Below are positions 21,090 through 33,148 of a stretch of 64,000 nucleotides of DNA, one piece after another. The DNA lies in NCBI GenBank assembly GCA_040285745.1, contig JAUFOR010000006.1, positions 124,001-188,000 of the forward strand. Direction: 5' to 3'. This DNA is from Barthelona sp. PCE (lineage: Eukaryota). The notes below the pieces were generated by a model, which saw nothing but the letters and a program-made list of their open reading frames with translations, did no database searches and was not told the origin of the DNA. How positions within the stretch are numbered: position 1 is the stretch's first letter; every line of letters begins with the position of its first letter. The position numbers and the translations under genes are program-made.

Positions 21090-21695
21090 ATGCAAATAGA
21101 TTTTATTAAGGGCGAATATGTGTCTAAGGTAAGTGAATTTAAGCATAAACTAAAGACAGAATTCGATTCACATTTATTTCTTCAAATCATACCGTTACAT
21201 AAGTTTATCGCCAAGAAAAACTCGGAAGACCCGCTTTTGGATGACTTTTCAAGTATTTTAGATGATGTAGGCCTAAGAAAGTCAACATCTTTAAGTGAGC
21301 AATCAACATTACAAAGTGATCTTTCTAACATACGTAAGATATCTAAAGAGGATCTTTTCGCCAATCTAAAGCCAAGCAAGCCCTTAATTGGCGTGGGAGG
21401 AGAAGAAGATATAGTACGGAGATTAAAAGGTATGAAAAATCAAATTAGTATGAATTTAGATGCCAGTAGAGATGCAGTACAATGTTTAGAAGACAATTCT
21501 AACTCGTTGCTGAGTGTATTGAAGAAGAGTAGAATAGCTAATTCGTTAATTGATCGTTCAAAGGGGATTATTCATAGTATTGGAAAAAATGAAAAGCTTA
21601 AATCTATTTTTGTATTTATTTCTTTTCTCATATTCTCTATTTCGTGTGCATTTATTGTGTTTCTACGACTTAGATCAAGATTTATTAAGCCATAG
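21090..21695 (+). CDS. SEC20: ER SNARE, Sec20/BNIP1-like
   Basis: Heptad SNARE-like region 'LKGMKNQISMNLDASRDAVQCLEDNSNSL...LIDRSKGIIHSI' followed by a C-terminal TM 'IFVFISFLIFSISCAFIVFLRL'. Confidence 0.65.
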   Translation: MQIDFIKGEYVSKVSEFKHKLKTEFDSHLFLQIIPLHKFIAKKNSEDPLLDDFSSILDDVGLRKSTSLSEQSTLQSDLSNIRKISKEDLFANLKPSKPLIGVGGEEDIVRRLKGMKNQISMNLDASRDAVQCLEDNSNSLLSVLKKSRIANSLIDRSKGIIHSIGKNEKLKSIFVFISFLIFSISCAFIVFLRLRSRFIKP

Positions 21696-21998
21696 TGATA
21701 TTCTGTCTTTTACAAAAATATCTCCTTTTTTTAAATGTTTCATGCGTTTTTATGGTTGAGTTCTGCACTTTACATCGTTCAAACATCATTACAGTACAGA
21801 ATAACAAAGAAATGAATGTTGAACAGTTATGATCAGGCACTAGATTTTGTTGAACAGAGCGGTTTAATGTGACTGTTTGCCCCATTTCATGACGGTTTTA
21901 TAGAGTAAATTAAACAAAGAAAAAATGTATTTGTTCTTAAGTTCCTTTTCTTTCTTTGATTTTTGTTTTAGCACTTTGAACAGAAGTCAAACGGGCAT

Positions 21999-24805
21999 AT
22001 GTTACCATCAGAGATAAAGAACGTCGGAATCACAGGCTTGTATGAAAACTATCAAATTTTTCACATCATCTTACATTTAGAACTCCTCAAGTTGAGCCAA
22101 AACAGCCTATAATCACTGGTCCCACACCAATTTCACCAGAAAAAAGTGAACGCACGTTCATTGAACCACCCAAAGACAGCGATGTTAACTATGTGAAGCC
22201 TTCCACAACATCTGCACCCCACTCATATGCATCATTTGACATGGTCGTGGGAGGAGAAGCACCAAAACCCATTGGAACTGTTCCAGGTGCGAAACAGGAA
22301 GTTGACAATCGCCCTGTTGTTAAAAAAAAGTCTACAGTAACGAATGAGGATCCACTAAACTCAAGCCTTCCATCCCCAGTACCCACAGAGTATTTTACCG
22401 AACCAGAAGATATTCGCAAAAATCAGTGTAAGAGTATTTTAAAACCTTTGCGTCATCACAGAGATAACGATGCAGACCCCATCCACCTCAAGCCCACATC
22501 GAAGTATATCTACACAAGTGAAATGCAGAGGAGTTATTCCCAAATTCCATTGGCAGTAATGTCTAGTCCTTTAGCAGCAACGAAATACACACCTACAAGT
22601 GACATTCCATGCCTTGAGCGCATGCCTGGCCGTTGTAACCGCTGCCGTGCCTTCTTTTCGCCCTACGTTGTCTTTAAATTACGTGGAACAGCAGTGATTT
22701 GTCCATTTTGTCGATCAAGCACCACTCTTCCTACGCATCGCCCTGTACCAGTGTCCGAAGCTGGACTGTGCACTAACTATGACGCGTACCCAGAGTTTAA
22801 CCATGGAACTACAGATTACCTCGTCGATCCTTCGTTTGGGTTTGATGATGTCCCTGCTAACAACCCACCAGCGCACATATTCGTTGTGGATTGCACGCTA
22901 CACAGCAAATCAACCGGTTGCTACGATGCTGCCCTTGAGGCAATCAAGCGTATTGCAGAAAATGAAGTAGTGACTGGCTTTTCTGATGATGGATTCGTAG
23001 GCCTAATGTTAATCGATAGTTTTGTTCACTTCATCACATTGGGCACTCCTGTGCCAACTGAAGTGAACTCATCAAAGATCTTTGTGAAACCTACAGATTC
23101 TGAATTACCAATACCAGTTGGTTCTTTCCTTGCACCATGGTCAACTGCTAGAGATAAGTTACTTTCGGTCATTGATGTTCTCATGCGCACGAAACGATCC
23201 CATGTTGCAGATGTTGGCGTGTCAAAACTTGCTGTGTTACCAGCGGTTATTTATGCTAGAACAGCTTTGAAAATGCTTAAATTACCCGGCCGTATTGAGC
23301 TTTTCTATAGTGTGCTCCCAACAATCGGTACAGGTGCTCTTGTTGAAAGAAATGCGGATGTTATGGGTACTGTTGAAGAAACAAAATTATTCGTAGCACA
23401 AAACAGTCTATATGACCGAATTGCTCGTCAACTCAACGACGGTTCAAACAACATATGTGTTGATGTCTATGCATTTCCTCAGGCTAGACGAAATATTTCA
23501 ACGGCTACTGTTGGTAATTTAGCAAGAAAGACAGGTGGTATTGTGGAAGTGTTTTATAAAATAGCATTAGGATCACCATTATTGGAAGCTGCAATTGCTC
23601 GTATTGTTCACCTCATTGAAATACCCGTCGTACAACACGTTTCTCTTCGAATGAGATGTGCTCATCAATTATGTGTTCGAAAAGTATACGGTGAATATGT
23701 GGGCGGTAGTGGAAGCCGTGGTGCTTCAGATGAGATATCAGTTCCATTCTTAAGAGCAGATCAGCAGTTTGCTTTCGAATTACAGTATAACGGTTCTCTT
23801 GTATCAAGTGACAGTACTGGTTTGGTAACACCAACACCCATTCAAATGGCTGCACTGTTCTCCATGCCAAACGGTCAGCGTATTATTAGAGTGAGTACAA
23901 CTTCACTGTTTGCCGTCACCAATGATTCCACAGTGATCAAATCTGTTTGTATTGATACTGTAGCTGCATACTGGATGAAGGTTGCAGCATGTATGATGCA
24001 AACAGTTCATTTACATCAGCTAAGAACGAACATCCAATCAAACACTGTAGGGATGTTTTACCACTACCGTAGCTCAGGTGCTATCGATCACCGCCAACGT
24101 ACATTCATTGTGCCCATGTCCTACCGCCGCCTTGTCGGGCTGATCACTGGCTGTAGAAAGACAGACCTGCTTCGTGAAGGAACATCCACTTCTGTTGATC
24201 AAAGAATCGCTGCTGCGTCTCTCTTTAGTCGTGCCCTCACGTATGACATCAGCCGTAGTGCCCTCTCGTTTATCATCAACTCACAGGAACCCGTCAGTGG
24301 AAATTTAATTCAAAAAGATGCTTCACTCCTTCAAGATTGGTACAGTGATATGGGACGTGCTCTTACTTTACATCGTGGACTCCGTGCTTCTCTTGCAGAA
24401 AATGGTTTGTTCATCATTGAAGCTTATCAGAAATGTGTGTATGTAATAGCAGGAAAAGAATTTGATCTTGATTGTAATGACACCTTTATTTATGAGACGG
24501 AAAATTTAGTAAGTGGTATTGAAGTCTTCCCAGCTGATACTCCTAATGGTCATCGATTCTATTATTTATCAGACTATTTATCATTTTTACGTGGTTTTGA
24601 GTTACCCCTAGTTTACGTTCGTCAATCAGATACTATGTTTGATTTAAACGTTTTACCTTTATTGTTTGAAGAAGACACACATACATCAATGGGTTATAAG
24701 AACTTTTTATTAACAGTTCATTCAAATGTATTACGTAGATTAAAAGCTGAACAAGCTGCTTCTGAACAGTCTGCTTTAGCACATCATTATCCTGGAGTGC
24801 ATTAA
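21999..24805 (+). CDS. SEC24: COPII coat Sec24-family protein (2 exons: 21999-22039, 22081-24805)
   Basis: Zn finger RCNRCRAFFSP...CPFC, trunk 'HIFVVD', 'PTIGTGAL', 'ICVDVY', 'LARKTGG', 'IQMAALFSMPNGQRIIRVST'. The spliced exon 1 (MLPSEIKNVGITGL) joins in frame. Confidence 0.88.
22040..22080 (+). other. Spliceosomal intron, 41 nt, phase 2, in Sec24
   Basis: GTATGA...TCTTAC-ATT-TAG; removal joins ATG 21999 in frame with the 22193 ORF. Confidence 0.85.
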
Positions 24806-25239
24806 TGAGTACCAGTAGATCCAAAACCATTGGTGCCACGCTCTGTTTGAGTTAAATCATTGGCGTTAATTACTTCTGTATGAATATATGGTGTAATAAT
24901 GATTTGAGCAATCTTCATGAAAGGAGTTACAATAAAATCTTCGTTAGTTGAATTGAATAATATTACTTTAACCTCACCTCTGTAATCACTATCAACAACA
25001 CCAGCAAAAACATCTAATCCTTTAACGCTAAGACCTGAACGAGGGGCAATTCGCCCATAAGTATGCTCTGGAATCTCCATAGAAATGGCTGTAGGAACAC
25101 AAGCTGTCTTTCCTGCTGGGATAACAAAATTTTCTGTTCCATCTGTTGAGCAGTAGAATAAATCGAGACCTGCAGAGTGCTCGCTCCCTCTTTGCGGTTC
25201 CCTTGCTTCTTCACAAAGCTTGTGTACTTTTAAAAGCAT
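24802..25239 (-). CDS. DUT: Trimeric dUTPase
   Basis: All five motifs: AGLDL, GRIAPRSGL, AGVVDSDYRGEV, KIAQII, RGTNGFGSTG. Confidence 0.97.
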   Translation of the reverse strand: MLLKVHKLCEEAREPQRGSEHSAGLDLFYCSTDGTENFVIPAGKTACVPTAISMEIPEHTYGRIAPRSGLSVKGLDVFAGVVDSDYRGEVKVILFNSTNEDFIVTPFMKIAQIIITPYIHTEVINANDLTQTERGTNGFGSTGTH

Positions 25240-25641
25240 TAAAAAAATGTTATGTTGTTATCAATTGTCTATGACATTAGTCAGTTGCTGTTTGGCTATT
25301 ATATATTTATTTGGGTGGCTCAACAATGTTTAAACGTTCAGAACAGCGAATATAGTGGAACTGCATAAAAAATCTTCAAAAATATCATTTTTTAGGTTGT
25401 TTATTATCTCTTTGTGGATTTATATATCCTTACCATATAATATATCATGTTCAAAAGAAGGAAAAAACAAGTTTGTGAAAAACGAATTCCGATCCGTTTT
25501 CATGCTATTCTTTGGTCCAAGCATACTATAATTACAAATTAATCTTCATAGAACCATACAAAGTAAGTAAATTCAAAATTTGGAAATTTGATTTTTGAAT
25601 ATATCCCTTTTCTACCAGTTTTTACCGCTTAAAACGCTGCA

Positions 25642-26211
25642 ATGAGTGTAACAGGGGCACACACAACAGATACCAATGTGGATTTCGATCCTATCGCACC
25701 AAATGAGCTAGATAAATTGCAACAAGACTTGAGACTGCGCATTCAATCTGGTGAACTGTATAAAATCGCCGAACTAAAGAACGTCGTTCGCCGCCTACTG
25801 CGTGGTTTCACACACGAAGCTAGACAAGATTTCACCCAACTAATGTTCCTTGATGAGTACGTAAGGACCGTCAGTTTGTACAAAAACATGACAGTGGACA
25901 CTGCTCTTGAAGGTTTCCTTGAGCGTTTAAATCCCAGCATTGATAATTTCCTACGTTCTTTACATCAAATAGATGGAGAAACACAAAGTACACAAGCAAA
26001 GTTCAGAGCACTTGTACGTTCCATGCACCTGGCAGTGTTGCAGTTATTTAACGTCGCAGAAGAGCTGCGTAATGAAAGATTAGAACTAATTCAAATTATG
26101 TTAGGTTATTTGGAAGTGAATGGTGAAGTATTTTCTCAAGAAGAATTAAATAGATTTAACTCAGAAGACTTGAAAGTAAGTGATGGAACACTTAAAAAAC
26201 TTAACTTTTAA
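25642..26211 (+). CDS. Hypothetical helical protein, 189 aa
   Basis: ATG-initiated ORF preceded by TCCCTTTTCT (25604-25613). Confidence 0.7.
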   Translation: MSVTGAHTTDTNVDFDPIAPNELDKLQQDLRLRIQSGELYKIAELKNVVRRLLRGFTHEARQDFTQLMFLDEYVRTVSLYKNMTVDTALEGFLERLNPSIDNFLRSLHQIDGETQSTQAKFRALVRSMHLAVLQLFNVAEELRNERLELIQIMLGYLEVNGEVFSQEELNRFNSEDLKVSDGTLKKLNF

Positions 26212-26284
26212 ATGATTTTGTATAAAATATACTGAAACTACAATTTTTTGTAAAACAATAATTAAATTTATTGAAATAAAACTA

Positions 26285-27559
26285 TCAATTGGATTTCTGG
26301 ACTGCATAAAGCTTAAAGACCTCACTAAATTCCTCAATATACCTAAATAATTCATCCATATTCATTAAATCAAGCAATTGTTTAGAAAATTTGGCTTCCT
26401 TAGTGGGAAAGAATTCTTCAGTGATAACATTATATTTGAGTTGGATGGGATGGCCCTGAACGATAGCACGATGATATTTTTTAGGAACTAAACTGAGAGC
26501 TTCATCCTTCGTTAATATATTAGGTTGAGGTGGGAAACTTGACCTGTATTTCTTAGAATAGAATGTACTTCTCATTAGCATGATATCATAAACACCCGCT
26601 GAACTGAGTGCACGAGTAAAAATCATTGATTTTTCATCTAAATGTGTAACATATACAGAAGGTAATCTTAAAGGGTTAATAGCACCTGTATACCTTACAA
26701 TACAGTTCTCAATGATCAGAAGACCGTTCCATACTACATAACCTAAAGCATCACTTAGAGAATTAACCTTAACTTTCCCTAATTCGTGAGGTAACTCACA
26801 TGAAATACGCACATCCCCCATTAATTCCCATGGAATGAATGAAGGGTTACAAGTGTCATTGAATTCATTGCAATATAACTGAACATATTCATTAATACAT
26901 TCACTCATTAAAACGTGACTGAAAAAAGCTGGAATTGCAAGTTCACAACCACATACACAAGGGACTTTAATCTTTGCAAGATCCTTCAGGATGTGAACAA
27001 CAAGGTTTGTTGCCCATACATCGTAAGCAGCATAATTCACTTTCTTCTGTGGCAATGGATAATCTGACCATTTCCCCAAACTAATCTTTTTGTTTTTAAA
27101 ACTTTTTGTATCAATACCAAGAGTCCTAAATAGTTTTTCAAACCCAAGAGGTAAATGAAAATTATTTAATGCTGGTTCTATATCAAAAAAATTGGTAATT
27201 TCATGTTGAAAACTATTTCTAAACATTTTTAAGTCTAATTTGTTCTTGCCCACCTTCTGAATGTCCCCGGTGAACAGCTGAATAAGAATATCAGGTAGCT
27301 CAAGACTTTTTTCGGTGTGTAACACAAGTATCTCATCTTGGTTTGCTAATTGGATCACTGAAATATTAGGAAATCGATTCTTTCTGACCAGCTCACAGTC
27401 CCATTCGAAATCAAAAACAACATAAGAACCCTCTAAATACTTTTCAACGATGGGAATCCAAATTTCTTCATCACTGAAAGCACATGCTGTGACCTTCATT
27501 GCAGGATACAGTTCAGCTGTCTGGTTTTGTGTAAATTGTATGAATGTTTGTACTGACAT
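26285..27559 (-). CDS. DEDDy 3'-5' exonuclease (WRN-exo/EXD2/Mut-7-like) with C-terminal extension
   Basis: ExoI 'VFDFEW', 'VIQLA', 'FFDIE', ExoIII 'W...PL...YAAYDVW'. Start set at first ATG (MSVQTF). Confidence 0.82.
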   Translation of the reverse strand: MSVQTFIQFTQNQTAELYPAMKVTACAFSDEEIWIPIVEKYLEGSYVVFDFEWDCELVRKNRFPNISVIQLANQDEILVLHTEKSLELPDILIQLFTGDIQKVGKNKLDLKMFRNSFQHEITNFFDIEPALNNFHLPLGFEKLFRTLGIDTKSFKNKKISLGKWSDYPLPQKKVNYAAYDVWATNLVVHILKDLAKIKVPCVCGCELAIPAFFSHVLMSECINEYVQLYCNEFNDTCNPSFIPWELMGDVRISCELPHELGKVKVNSLSDALGYVVWNGLLIIENCIVRYTGAINPLRLPSVYVTHLDEKSMIFTRALSSAGVYDIMLMRSTFYSKKYRSSFPPQPNILTKDEALSLVPKKYHRAIVQGHPIQLKYNVITEEFFPTKEAKFSKQLLDLMNMDELFRYIEEFSEVFKLYAVQKSN

Positions 27560-27618
27560 TTGCTGAAGAAAGGGATGAAAAAATGTTAACAAACTTGAAC
27601 CAAAAATTTACATTGTTA

Positions 27619-28327
27619 TTATTCAGTTGATTCCCTGAAAAGGTATTCTGCCACAAACTGAATTGGATCTTCAGGTCTTAATTCAACTAATTCATATAAA
27701 GCCTTTGTTAAAGTAGGCATAATGTGTTCAGAAAGATACTCTTGATATGGCTTAGATTTTTCTTCAATAAGAGCCAACTCTTTATCCCTCAAAGCCTTTA
27801 ATCTTTCATCAGCTGCAGCGCGAGATTTTGCTTCAACTTCAGTTGCTTGCATTATAGCAGTTTGAGTATTAACGACAGCAGCTTGCTGCATATTGGCAAT
27901 CATTTGATGCTGTTGCATAGCAGCCATTTGACGCTCTTCATCAGAAGGTCCATAATTATGAGGAGCACCAATGATTTTGACAGCTGAAGCGACTAAATCG
28001 TCCACAGCCATTAAGGGATCGAGAGGAATAACAGAACATCCACCCTCTTCTAATAATGTAACGAAAGTATCGTTCTTCTCTACTTCTTCATTCTCTTCTG
28101 CTTCTTCTTCTTCTTCTTCGCCCTCTGCCTTAACTTCAGCTCCCTTCACAGGGGCCTCATCATCGATACCACTTGCCAATGCAAGATATCTATCGATCTT
28201 CTGTTCAAAATCTTCAGGGATCTCATCACCCAACTTATTCTCCAAGAATTCAATGATTTCAGGTTCTTTAGAGAGCTTAAACATGAATACAAAGTCAGGG
28301 ACAAACAATGGTGGCTTACCATCATCA

Positions 28328-28359
<32 letters not shown>

Positions 28360-29650
28360 CTCAATTTCTGAATCCTCTTCCTCTTCTGGTGACTTAACTT
28401 TCTCAGGCTTAGGGGGCTTATACAACTTGGTCTTCAACAAAGCATTCAATTCACTAATTGCCAAAGGGAAATTCTCCAGTATAAAACCTCTATTTAACAA
28501 TTTTGGACGACTGATAGTTTCATGAATAACACTGATTTTGTTTTCTGGTGTGTCTTCTAACTCAATACCATCAATTTCTTTATCGACATCAAGCAAGAAA
28601 TATGGATTCAAACTACGCAAATCATAGTACTTGCCAAGTTTTTCAGATAATTCATCAATTGGTGCACCAGGAGGACCAACAACACAGACTTTAAGAGGCG
28701 TAAGGTTGTAAGCATTAAGGAACTCAGTTTTAACCTTTGCAAAGTTTTCAACCAAACCCTCTGCACAATGCCATTCAAAATCTAACTCTCCAACTACACC
28801 TCTTTCAAGACGAGCATCATAAGTTAACTCCTCAACACCTGTGGAGAGGAGAACCTCGCTCTGCTCAATGGGGGTGATATCAACGTTACCAATAGTTGTA
28901 ATCGTTGAAATGATGTCCTTAGCAGTGCATCGAGATTCATCAAGGGCAAGAACATAAGGAGATGAGGTTTCGTTCTCAATGGCGTCGGCAATGATTGCTG
29001 CAGCGTCACGGACGTGGATGGTGTAAACTGGGTTATTTCCATCACCATATAGAGGAATGTTTTGAATGTTCCAAGAAGCTTTGAACATGGGATGCAGATA
29101 TGATTCCTCGTCACCATATAGAAGGCCGCAGTTCACAACTACAGTTCTGAACAGATCGGTGGAGGCTCTAATAATAAGTTTCTCCAAGGAATGCTGTTTT
29201 CTGTAGTTGGGATGAGGGCGGCGACGGCGGGCATCCTCCTCGGTTACGAATGACTCCTCGTCTTCCGGGTCTGCGGAAGGAGTACGACACCAGGTTAACA
29301 CAGATGAGATAGAAATCAGTACTTTGTTCTGCTTGAGGTTAGCACGCTGAACAATGTCTAGGGCCTGGAGAACATCGTCGGATTGATCGCAAATATCATA
29401 AACTAAGACGTCACATTGCAAAATGGCTCTTTCAATTTCGGGAAAATTTTGAGGCTAAAAGTCAGTTTTCTTTTAAATAAAGCATTGCTTGTCTGTCACA
29501 TACGGAGATCACGCTTGAAATCGATACGGAATCCTGACGAAACGAATCGTTTGACTTAATAATAAAGCTAGGCTTGGTCTCTGTCTTCTGATAATGGCGT
29601 ATCAATGCTTTTGACGCAAATGAGTCTGGATTGTTCAGGAAAATACGCAT
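27619..29650 (-). CDS. AK7: Adenylate kinase 7-like flagellar protein with C-terminal Dpy-30 motif (2 exons: 29650-29504, 29454-27619)
   Basis: 'ISISSVLTWCRT', 'RRRPHPNYR', 'GLLYGDEE', 'GAPHNYG' and Dpy-30 'YLSEHIMPTLTKAL...RPEDPIQFVAEYL'. Exon 1 'MRIFLNNPDSF' joins in frame. Confidence 0.88.
29455..29503 (-). other. Spliceosomal intron, 49 nt, phase 0, in AK7
   Basis: GTATGT...ACTGAC-TTT-TAG; removal gives ...SSVIS|PQNFPEIERAILQCDVLVYD. Confidence 0.9.
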
Positions 29651-29840
29651 TATGTTCAAAAAAAGTAAATATACAACACGAAAAGGATAGATAATATGAC
29701 TACATGAATTTTTAAATTTACATACGTATAAATGGTATAAAAACACTATTTAAATTCTCAAATAATACATCTTAATACATTTTGTGCAGTTTTTCTTAAA
29801 AAAAAATTCCATCACAAAAAACATTAATTTTACATGTCAA

Positions 29841-31580
29841 TTACCCCCAAACCTTCACGATACCATCGGATGAAGCTGAAAGCAATACATCCTGTGAAGA
29901 TTGAGGCATAGTATAAAACAGAACATCCTGTACAGTATCGTTGTGGCCACCCAAACTGAATGCTTGAATAGCCTGTTCGATATCAAAGACACGGACACTA
30001 AGGTCATCACAAGCAGCAGCTAATAATTTCCCTGATCTATGCCAACTTAAAGAATTAACAGAATGAGGACCACAATCAAATGAAAACATCTCTTCCAGTG
30101 TACGAACATCAAATACCTTCACTTGACCATCAGCATCACAAGACGCTAATAGATTTCCTTGTAATGTAAATTCTGCATAATTAACAGCATTAGTATGACC
30201 AAACAATGTATGAACACATTGACCGATCCTGGCATCCCATAGAGATATGGTTTTATCAGCTGAAGCAGTTACGCATGTGTTACTGAGGGCGGCAAAACGT
30301 ACACTATTGACACTATCTACATGACCTCTCAAAGTTTGGAATGCTGTACCTTGGATAGTATCCCAAATCTTCACCGTCTGGTCCATAGAAGCTGTGGCAA
30401 CAAAGTTCCCTGTATAATGCCAATCAACTGACCATATAGGTGCGGTGTGTCCCTTTAATACACATTTTTTGCATGCTTCTCTAATATCCCAAACAATTGC
30501 AACGCCATCACCACTTGCTGAAACTAATTGAGTACCACGAGGTGAGAAGGATACATCACCAAGCCAATCCTGATGACCTGAACCCGTTAGAACATGCTCA
30601 CAAGTAGGTACTGTCCACATTTTCCAGGTAGTATCATCTGAGGAGGTTAATATCAACTCTTGTTTGGGGTGCGCGGCAATGCTAGACACACCAACATTGT
30701 GCGCTGTGAACGAATTTTGTTCACTCAATGATGAAGGAATACCATAAGTATGTTCCAGGTGTGGATTGTAAGGTGCTTCTTCAAACATTTCTGCTTTCGG
30801 AGTTACCTTCTTTTGGCGGGTTGTCTTGGGTTCTGAGCCATCAGACTTCATGGACTGGAGTGTCTTGATTGTGTGTTCAGCCAGTGTAAGCTTGTTCTTG
30901 AGCTTACCAACCTGCATCTTGGCTAAACTCTTCTCCTTCATCAATGCCTTATGCTTTGTTTGGAGATCCTCAACAAGCTCCGGATACTGCTCGTAGTGCT
31001 TCTTTAATCTCTTAATATCGCGAACAAGAGAGTTCTTCTCTTGAACAACTCTGTTATGTTGTAGCTTGAAGTGATCCCTCTGCTTCCTGAAGCGATCCCA
31101 GGTTGACTGTGCCTTCTCTGCCTTCTCTTCAGCCTCAACGAGTTGCTTCTTCAGAATGGCAATTTCGTTATGCAATTTAGAATTCTGATAATATACATCT
31201 GGTGGCACCGCAAGTGAATCTGTATCGATTTCTCCCCTCGACAACATCTCGTACCATTCTTGCTGAAACACAGCCAGCGATTTTGTCATATTGAATCTGG
31301 TGAATGTGTTTCGAATAAAATCGTCTAGCACTTCGTGCCTTGTCGTGGATTCTGTTACTGGCTCAATGGGTTTCTCTAAATGTAAGTGTTTCTACAAGAA
31401 CTCAAAAAAAATCATACGTGTGAGTTCGTTGTGCTTAACTGTAGCTGTCATGGATAACAACGTGCGATCGTCCATATCTTCCTCATCTTCCAAAGAGACT
31501 GCTTCGTAGATGAAATCGTCTTCTTCATCGATGTCCATCTCTTTCTCCTCTAATGTGTACGTTACTTCTTTTACGGTCAT
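29841..31580 (-). CDS. SPAG16: SPAG16/PF20 central-apparatus WD40 protein (2 exons: 31580-31418, 31375-29841)
   Basis: 'EVLDDFIRN', 'FQQEWYE', 'FRKQRDHFKLQHNRVVQEKN..L..DIKRLKKHY', then 7 WD40 repeats. Confidence 0.92.
31376..31417 (-). other. Spliceosomal intron, 42 nt, phase 1, in SPAG16
   Basis: GTATGA...ACTTAC-ATT-TAG; contains an in-frame TAG, and its removal fuses the 31392-31580 and 29841-31331 ORFs. Confidence 0.9.
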
Positions 31581-32062
31581 TTTCTGCCTGTGTGTATGTG
31601 TGACCCTAACAGATGAAAAGGAATGAAAAGCTAAAACGATTGCAATTCGTCTTTTGACCTATCTTTAGCTGCAATGACTACAAAAGTATCGCACCCTCTG
31701 CAAAATGCAGCATTCATCATGGAATTGTGTGTTTTATGTTTTGTTTACCTTTTTATGTAGGGCTTTTTATCTTCTGCACAGCGTATATTTGAGTGTAGCT
31801 TTGATTTGTATGATACACTTAAAATATTACATAACACACTTTTTTATGCATAATTCAACCATTATATAATACTGGAAGTTTTATTATCCATATTCGGGCA
31901 ATCCTTCCAATTAAGGTCACTTATCACGTGTATGTGTGTGCTGACTACTCAAAAACTCCAGAAACCACATCCAAAAAAGCGATGAAGTACTACGAACCTA
32001 GCCAACTATGGATAACTTCGTATTTACATTTTTCTGATTTTTCTCGGTATTAACATCTTTCA

Positions 32063-33121
32063 ATGCAATCTGCGCGTTATACCGACGCCAAGCAGATCTA
32101 TTTGCTTCGCAGTAAGCCGAAAAGCACAGCTTACGTTGTTGATATGAAGAAATCATTACCTAATCGACGACAGATGAACATTTTTTTTGCCCGTAGATGT
32201 AAGAAATCCATCAATACCCGCTTTGTCTATGATCAGAAACTCCGTAACGCTCTTATCAGACGCAATTCTCACATTGCTGAACGCCAAGCACGTGGTTCTT
32301 TGATTGTGCTAAGAGGAATGTTAGTTCGTGATTATCTAAGGGAGAAGGAACTTTCTGACTCGTTGTGGTTGAGTGAATGTATTTATGTCAATGACATCAA
32401 TGCTGCTATGAGAAGAAACAAGTATCTTTCGGATCGTGTGGATAGTATTAGAGAATACTTAAAGGCTTGTGATCGACGTCGGAAGATGAGAGAAGCAAAG
32501 GATTTGAAATACAGAGAGACTATTGCTCATTGGACAGAGTTTGGGAAATTTAGTTCGCAATCTCGTCGCGATACCATCAGACAACTACAGTTAGCTAAGC
32601 TTTATGCACATGATCACCATGCAATTGTTGTACAGAGCCGCAGAAAGCGTGTTATCCTCCAGCGGAAACTTGAGATTATGCAATCCAGTGCAATTCGTCA
32701 ACGTCTTGCAACTGAGCGCAGAATGCATACAATCAATTACACACGCTCAAAGGGAATTGAATATGGAACTAGCCGTGTCAATGATGCCCGGGATCGTGCG
32801 TATAACGATGAATTCGACAATTATTTTGATTTGCAAGTAACAATGTCACAAGAGGATGCTGCGTATTCGAGAGCTGTTCAACATACGCTTAGTAAGAAGA
32901 ACAAGGCGTCAAGAGAGCTTCTCAAGGTCAGTGACGTTCTCTTTAACAATGCTCTTGTTCACTACATGCAGCGAAAATTCTTGGAAGCAGATTTTGAAGA
33001 GCATGTCATCCGCCATGAGCAGTACATCAAATCAGTCAAGGCCAAAGGTGCTCGGGAATCTTTTAAGGTCAGGGAGGCGCATCAGCGTAAGAGACAACGT
33101 CTATATCCTTCACGTATTTGA
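32063..33121 (+). CDS. Hypothetical Arg-rich helical protein, 352 aa
   Basis: Long ATG-initiated ORF; no family recognised. Confidence 0.72.
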   Translation: MQSARYTDAKQIYLLRSKPKSTAYVVDMKKSLPNRRQMNIFFARRCKKSINTRFVYDQKLRNALIRRNSHIAERQARGSLIVLRGMLVRDYLREKELSDSLWLSECIYVNDINAAMRRNKYLSDRVDSIREYLKACDRRRKMREAKDLKYRETIAHWTEFGKFSSQSRRDTIRQLQLAKLYAHDHHAIVVQSRRKRVILQRKLEIMQSSAIRQRLATERRMHTINYTRSKGIEYGTSRVNDARDRAYNDEFDNYFDLQVTMSQEDAAYSRAVQHTLSKKNKASRELLKVSDVLFNNALVHYMQRKFLEADFEEHVIRHEQYIKSVKAKGARESFKVREAHQRKRQRLYPSRI

Positions 33122-33148
33122 TTCCAAAACAGAATAAACTCAATTTAC

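Noticed and set aside
21685..21885. 66-aa minus-strand ORF between Sec20 and Sec24
   Set aside because: Short, no motif, and overlaps the Sec20 stop; insufficient evidence for coding.
24802..25239. dUTPase as a sign of a viral or mobile insertion
   Set aside because: Ordinary cellular-type enzyme with no neighbouring viral, integrase or transposase genes and no terminal repeats.
28085..28390. (TTC)n/(TCC)n microsatellite-like tracts
   Set aside because: They encode poly-Glu stretches of AK7 and are not an independent repeat element.
31594..31612. GTATGT...CTAACAG micro-intron or trans-splicing signal
   Set aside because: Only 19 nt, wrong branch-acceptor spacing, and antisense to the SPAG16 leader. 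No gene in the window lacks an exon that would need trans-splicing.
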